From Archangium sp. (GTDB lineage Bacteria > Myxococcota > Myxococcia > Myxococcales > Myxococcaceae), in the NCBI GenBank assembly GCA_031367385.1, contig JANLPS010000175.1, positions 1-17,036 on the forward strand: DNA of 17,036 bases, in the 5' to 3' direction. Below are positions 15,029 through 17,036 of this stretch, one piece after another (position 1 is the first letter of the stretch; each line of letters begins with the position of its first letter). The notes below the pieces were generated by a model that was not told where the DNA came from, made no database searches, and was given only the letters and a program-made list of their open reading frames with translations. The position numbers and the translations under genes are program-made.

Positions 15029-16282
15029 GTGGCACGCGGCCTTTCGGCATTTCGACACCCAGGTCTGCTTCGCTTCACCGTCGGTCGCTTCGCGTCATCG
15101 GTCGGCTCGGCGATGGTGACCTTCGCGGTCGGCTTTCAACTCTACGAGCGCACCCAGAGCGCGCTGGCACTCGGGCTGACGGGCTTGGCCGAGGTGGTGC
15201 CGGTGCTGTTGTTGGCGTTGCCTGCTGGCGCGGTGGCCGATCGCTTTAGGCGGCGAAACGTAGCGGCGCTCGCGCACCTGGCGTTGGCGGCATGCGCGGT
15301 GGCCCTCGCGCTGCTGACCCACTTCGAGGGGCCGGTCGCGGCCTATTACGCGGTGTTGTTTCTGGTCGGCGTCGCGGTGGCCTTTCGGTCGCCGTCGGTG
15401 GGCGCGATGTTGCCGCAGCTGGTGCCGCAAGAAGACTTCGCCACCACCAACGGGTGGATCTCAAGCAGCTACGAGCTGGCCTCGGTCGGAGGCCCGACGC
15501 TCGCGGGGTTTCTGGTGGCGGCGAACCACGGCTCGTCGACCTGGGCCTTCGCGGTGGCGGCGGTGGCGCACCTGGTGTTCGTCGGCGTGTTGCTCTCGCT
15601 GCCATCGGTGGCTCCGGTGCTGTCGGCCGACCGCGCACGAAAACTGAGTGACTACTTCGTGGGCCTGCGCTTCGTGAAACGGGTGCGGGTGTTCTTGGCG
15701 GCGATTACCCTCGACATGTTCGCGGTGCTGCTGGGCGGCTCGGTGGCGCTGCTGCCAATCTTCGCGAAAGACATTCTGCACTCGGGGCCGACCGGGTTGG
15801 CGTGGCTTCGCGCGGCTCCAGCGGTCGGTGCGCTGACGATGGCGCTGCTGCAGACCCGGTTGCCAGCGTGGAAGCGCCCAGGCGTGGCGTTGCTGATCAC
15901 CGTCGCGGGGTTCGGGGTGATGACCATCGCGTTCGGGCTCTCGGAGCACTTCTGGCTCTCGTTCGTGCTGCTCGTGGCGATCGGGTTGTTCGACAACGTC
16001 TCGGTGGTGATTCGCTCGACGCTCGAGCAGTCGCTGACCCCCGATGTGATGCGGGGCAGGGTGTCGGCGATCTACTTCGTGTTCATCGGGCTCTCGAATG
16101 AGCTGGGCAGCTTCGAGTCGGGCTTCACCGCGAGTCTGTTCGGTACCGTGCCCGCCGTGGTCGGAGGCGGCCTGGGGACGCTGCTGGTGGTGGTGGTGGT
16201 CGCACTCGCGTGGCCGGAGCTGGCCAAGGTGCCGCCGCTGCACACGCTCAAGCCGATGCCGGTGCCCGCTGACCTTCAGTGA
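15029..16282 (+). CDS. MFS transporter (DHA3/EntS-like efflux type)
   Basis: About 12 hydrophobic segments, motif A (AGAVADRFRRR), GGPTLAG, LLPIFAKDIL and TPDVMRGRV. Confidence 0.92.
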   Translation: MARGLSAFRHPGLLRFTVGRFASSVGSAMVTFAVGFQLYERTQSALALGLTGLAEVVPVLLLALPAGAVADRFRRRNVAALAHLALAACAVALALLTHFEGPVAAYYAVLFLVGVAVAFRSPSVGAMLPQLVPQEDFATTNGWISSSYELASVGGPTLAGFLVAANHGSSTWAFAVAAVAHLVFVGVLLSLPSVAPVLSADRARKLSDYFVGLRFVKRVRVFLAAITLDMFAVLLGGSVALLPIFAKDILHSGPTGLAWLRAAPAVGALTMALLQTRLPAWKRPGVALLITVAGFGVMTIAFGLSEHFWLSFVLLVAIGLFDNVSVVIRSTLEQSLTPDVMRGRVSAIYFVFIGLSNELGSFESGFTASLFGTVPAVVGGGLGTLLVVVVVALAWPELAKVPPLHTLKPMPVPADLQ

Positions 16283-16610
16283 AGTGCCATGCAGAACCCA
16301 TGCGACATTCGAAGGCAATTGCAGGCGTTGCACCCGTCTTTCACGAGGCTCCGCTCGCCATGGTTCGACCGCTCCACTCGCACGCACGCTTCGCCTGGCT
16401 GGCGGCTGACTGCGGGCACGATTTCAACCAGCAACATCTCTGTCTCGCGTCGCTCGCACCGCAGGGAGCCATCGAAGCTCAGCGTCGAGTGGAGCTCGGC
16501 ATCATCGCGAACCCGTGAGCCCGCAGTCGCAACGTTGCGACAATGACGTCACCTCTGAAGTGACGAAGCTGTCGCAGCGTTGGGACAACCAGAACCCCTG
16601 AATCGAAGAT

Positions 16611-17036
16611 TCAGTGACACCCAGCTTCGATGCACAGTGAGCCTGCTGAGCTTCGAACGAAGGAGACTCGGTATCGAACAGGGCGCTCAGCGCATCTACC
16701 CTCGCGCTGGCTCCTCAAGAAGTAATGGGCAGCAGAGCGCTCCGCCCGACCTACCCGCACGCTCGCGACTGCCCGCTGGTCCTCGACGTTGACCACGTTG
16801 TACCTGTCGACGACAGACCTCGTCTTGTGGCCGCTCATCTTCATCATCACCGACTCGGGGATGCCGAGCTGGCGGGCGCGGGTGACGAAGCTCCGACGTA
16901 AGCGTTCAGCGACTACCGTTTTCTTGAGTCGTTGAGAGTGAAGTAGGCGCCCGCGGCCGATCAAGGCCGAGAGGGTGCACACATGAGACTCAAGACAGAG
17001 GCGAGATTGAAGAAGGCGTTGCGCTCGAAGAAGGTC
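16611..17036 (-). pseudogene. Degenerate tyrosine recombinase/integrase C-terminal fragment
   Basis: GRLLH-[12 aa]-LRRSFVTRARQLGIPESVMMKMSGHKTRSVVDRYNVV covers box II (H-x-L-R, interrupted), the GH motif and the catalytic Tyr (16800-16802). Recognisable similarity is limited to about 16765-16952. The frame stays open to the window edge, but the upstream residues do not look integrase-like. Confidence 0.75.
16983..17036 (+). CDS. Possible start of a gene running off the window (MRLKTEARLKKALRSKKV...)
   Basis: ATG at 16983 after purine-rich gagaggg; only 18 codons are visible. Confidence 0.25.
   Translation, partial: MRLKTEARLKKALRSKKV

Noticed and set aside
1567..16387. Long alternative-frame and antisense ORFs (e.g. 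1567..2727, 1670..2590, 4102..5061, 5518..6684, 8416..9597, 9012..9755, 15461..16387)
   Set aside because: Typical high-GC shadow ORFs overlapping well-supported genes, with no recognisable motifs.
16472..16656. 12-bp inverted repeat tcgaagctcagc / gctgagcttcga as MITE ends
   Set aside because: No flanking target-site duplication was seen, there is a single copy, and it may be chance.

Overview
High-GC bacterial chromosomal segment, probably Myxococcota (inferred from the DAG-repeat linker and gene repertoire). Left to right: end of argH, argF and an orphan GspF/PilC-family gene, all joined by GTGA overlaps; xdhC; a lipoprotein fusing three c-type cytochrome repeats, a DAG-repeat stalk and a lamin-tail domain; on the minus strand a divergent RlmN/Cfr-family radical SAM enzyme, a Cys-rich SEL1-repeat protein and an alpha/beta hydrolase; a soluble-adenylyl-cyclase-like C1-C2-STAND ATPase protein; an amt-PII pair whose PII lacks Tyr51; a secreted 8-Cys miniprotein; two hypotheticals; an ECF sigma, zinc anti-sigma and MFS transporter; and a degenerate tyrosine recombinase at the right edge. 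No rRNA, tRNA or CRISPR array was seen. Most genes are ordinary. The most unusual items are the triheme cytochrome-LTD fusion, a phased GTNAC palindrome array at 7432-7494, the sAC-like cyclase lacking bicarbonate ligands, the atypical PII, recurring leaderless-type promoters and a hairpin insertion that splits the integrase HxLR motif. All family calls come from motif recognition by eye; no searches were run.
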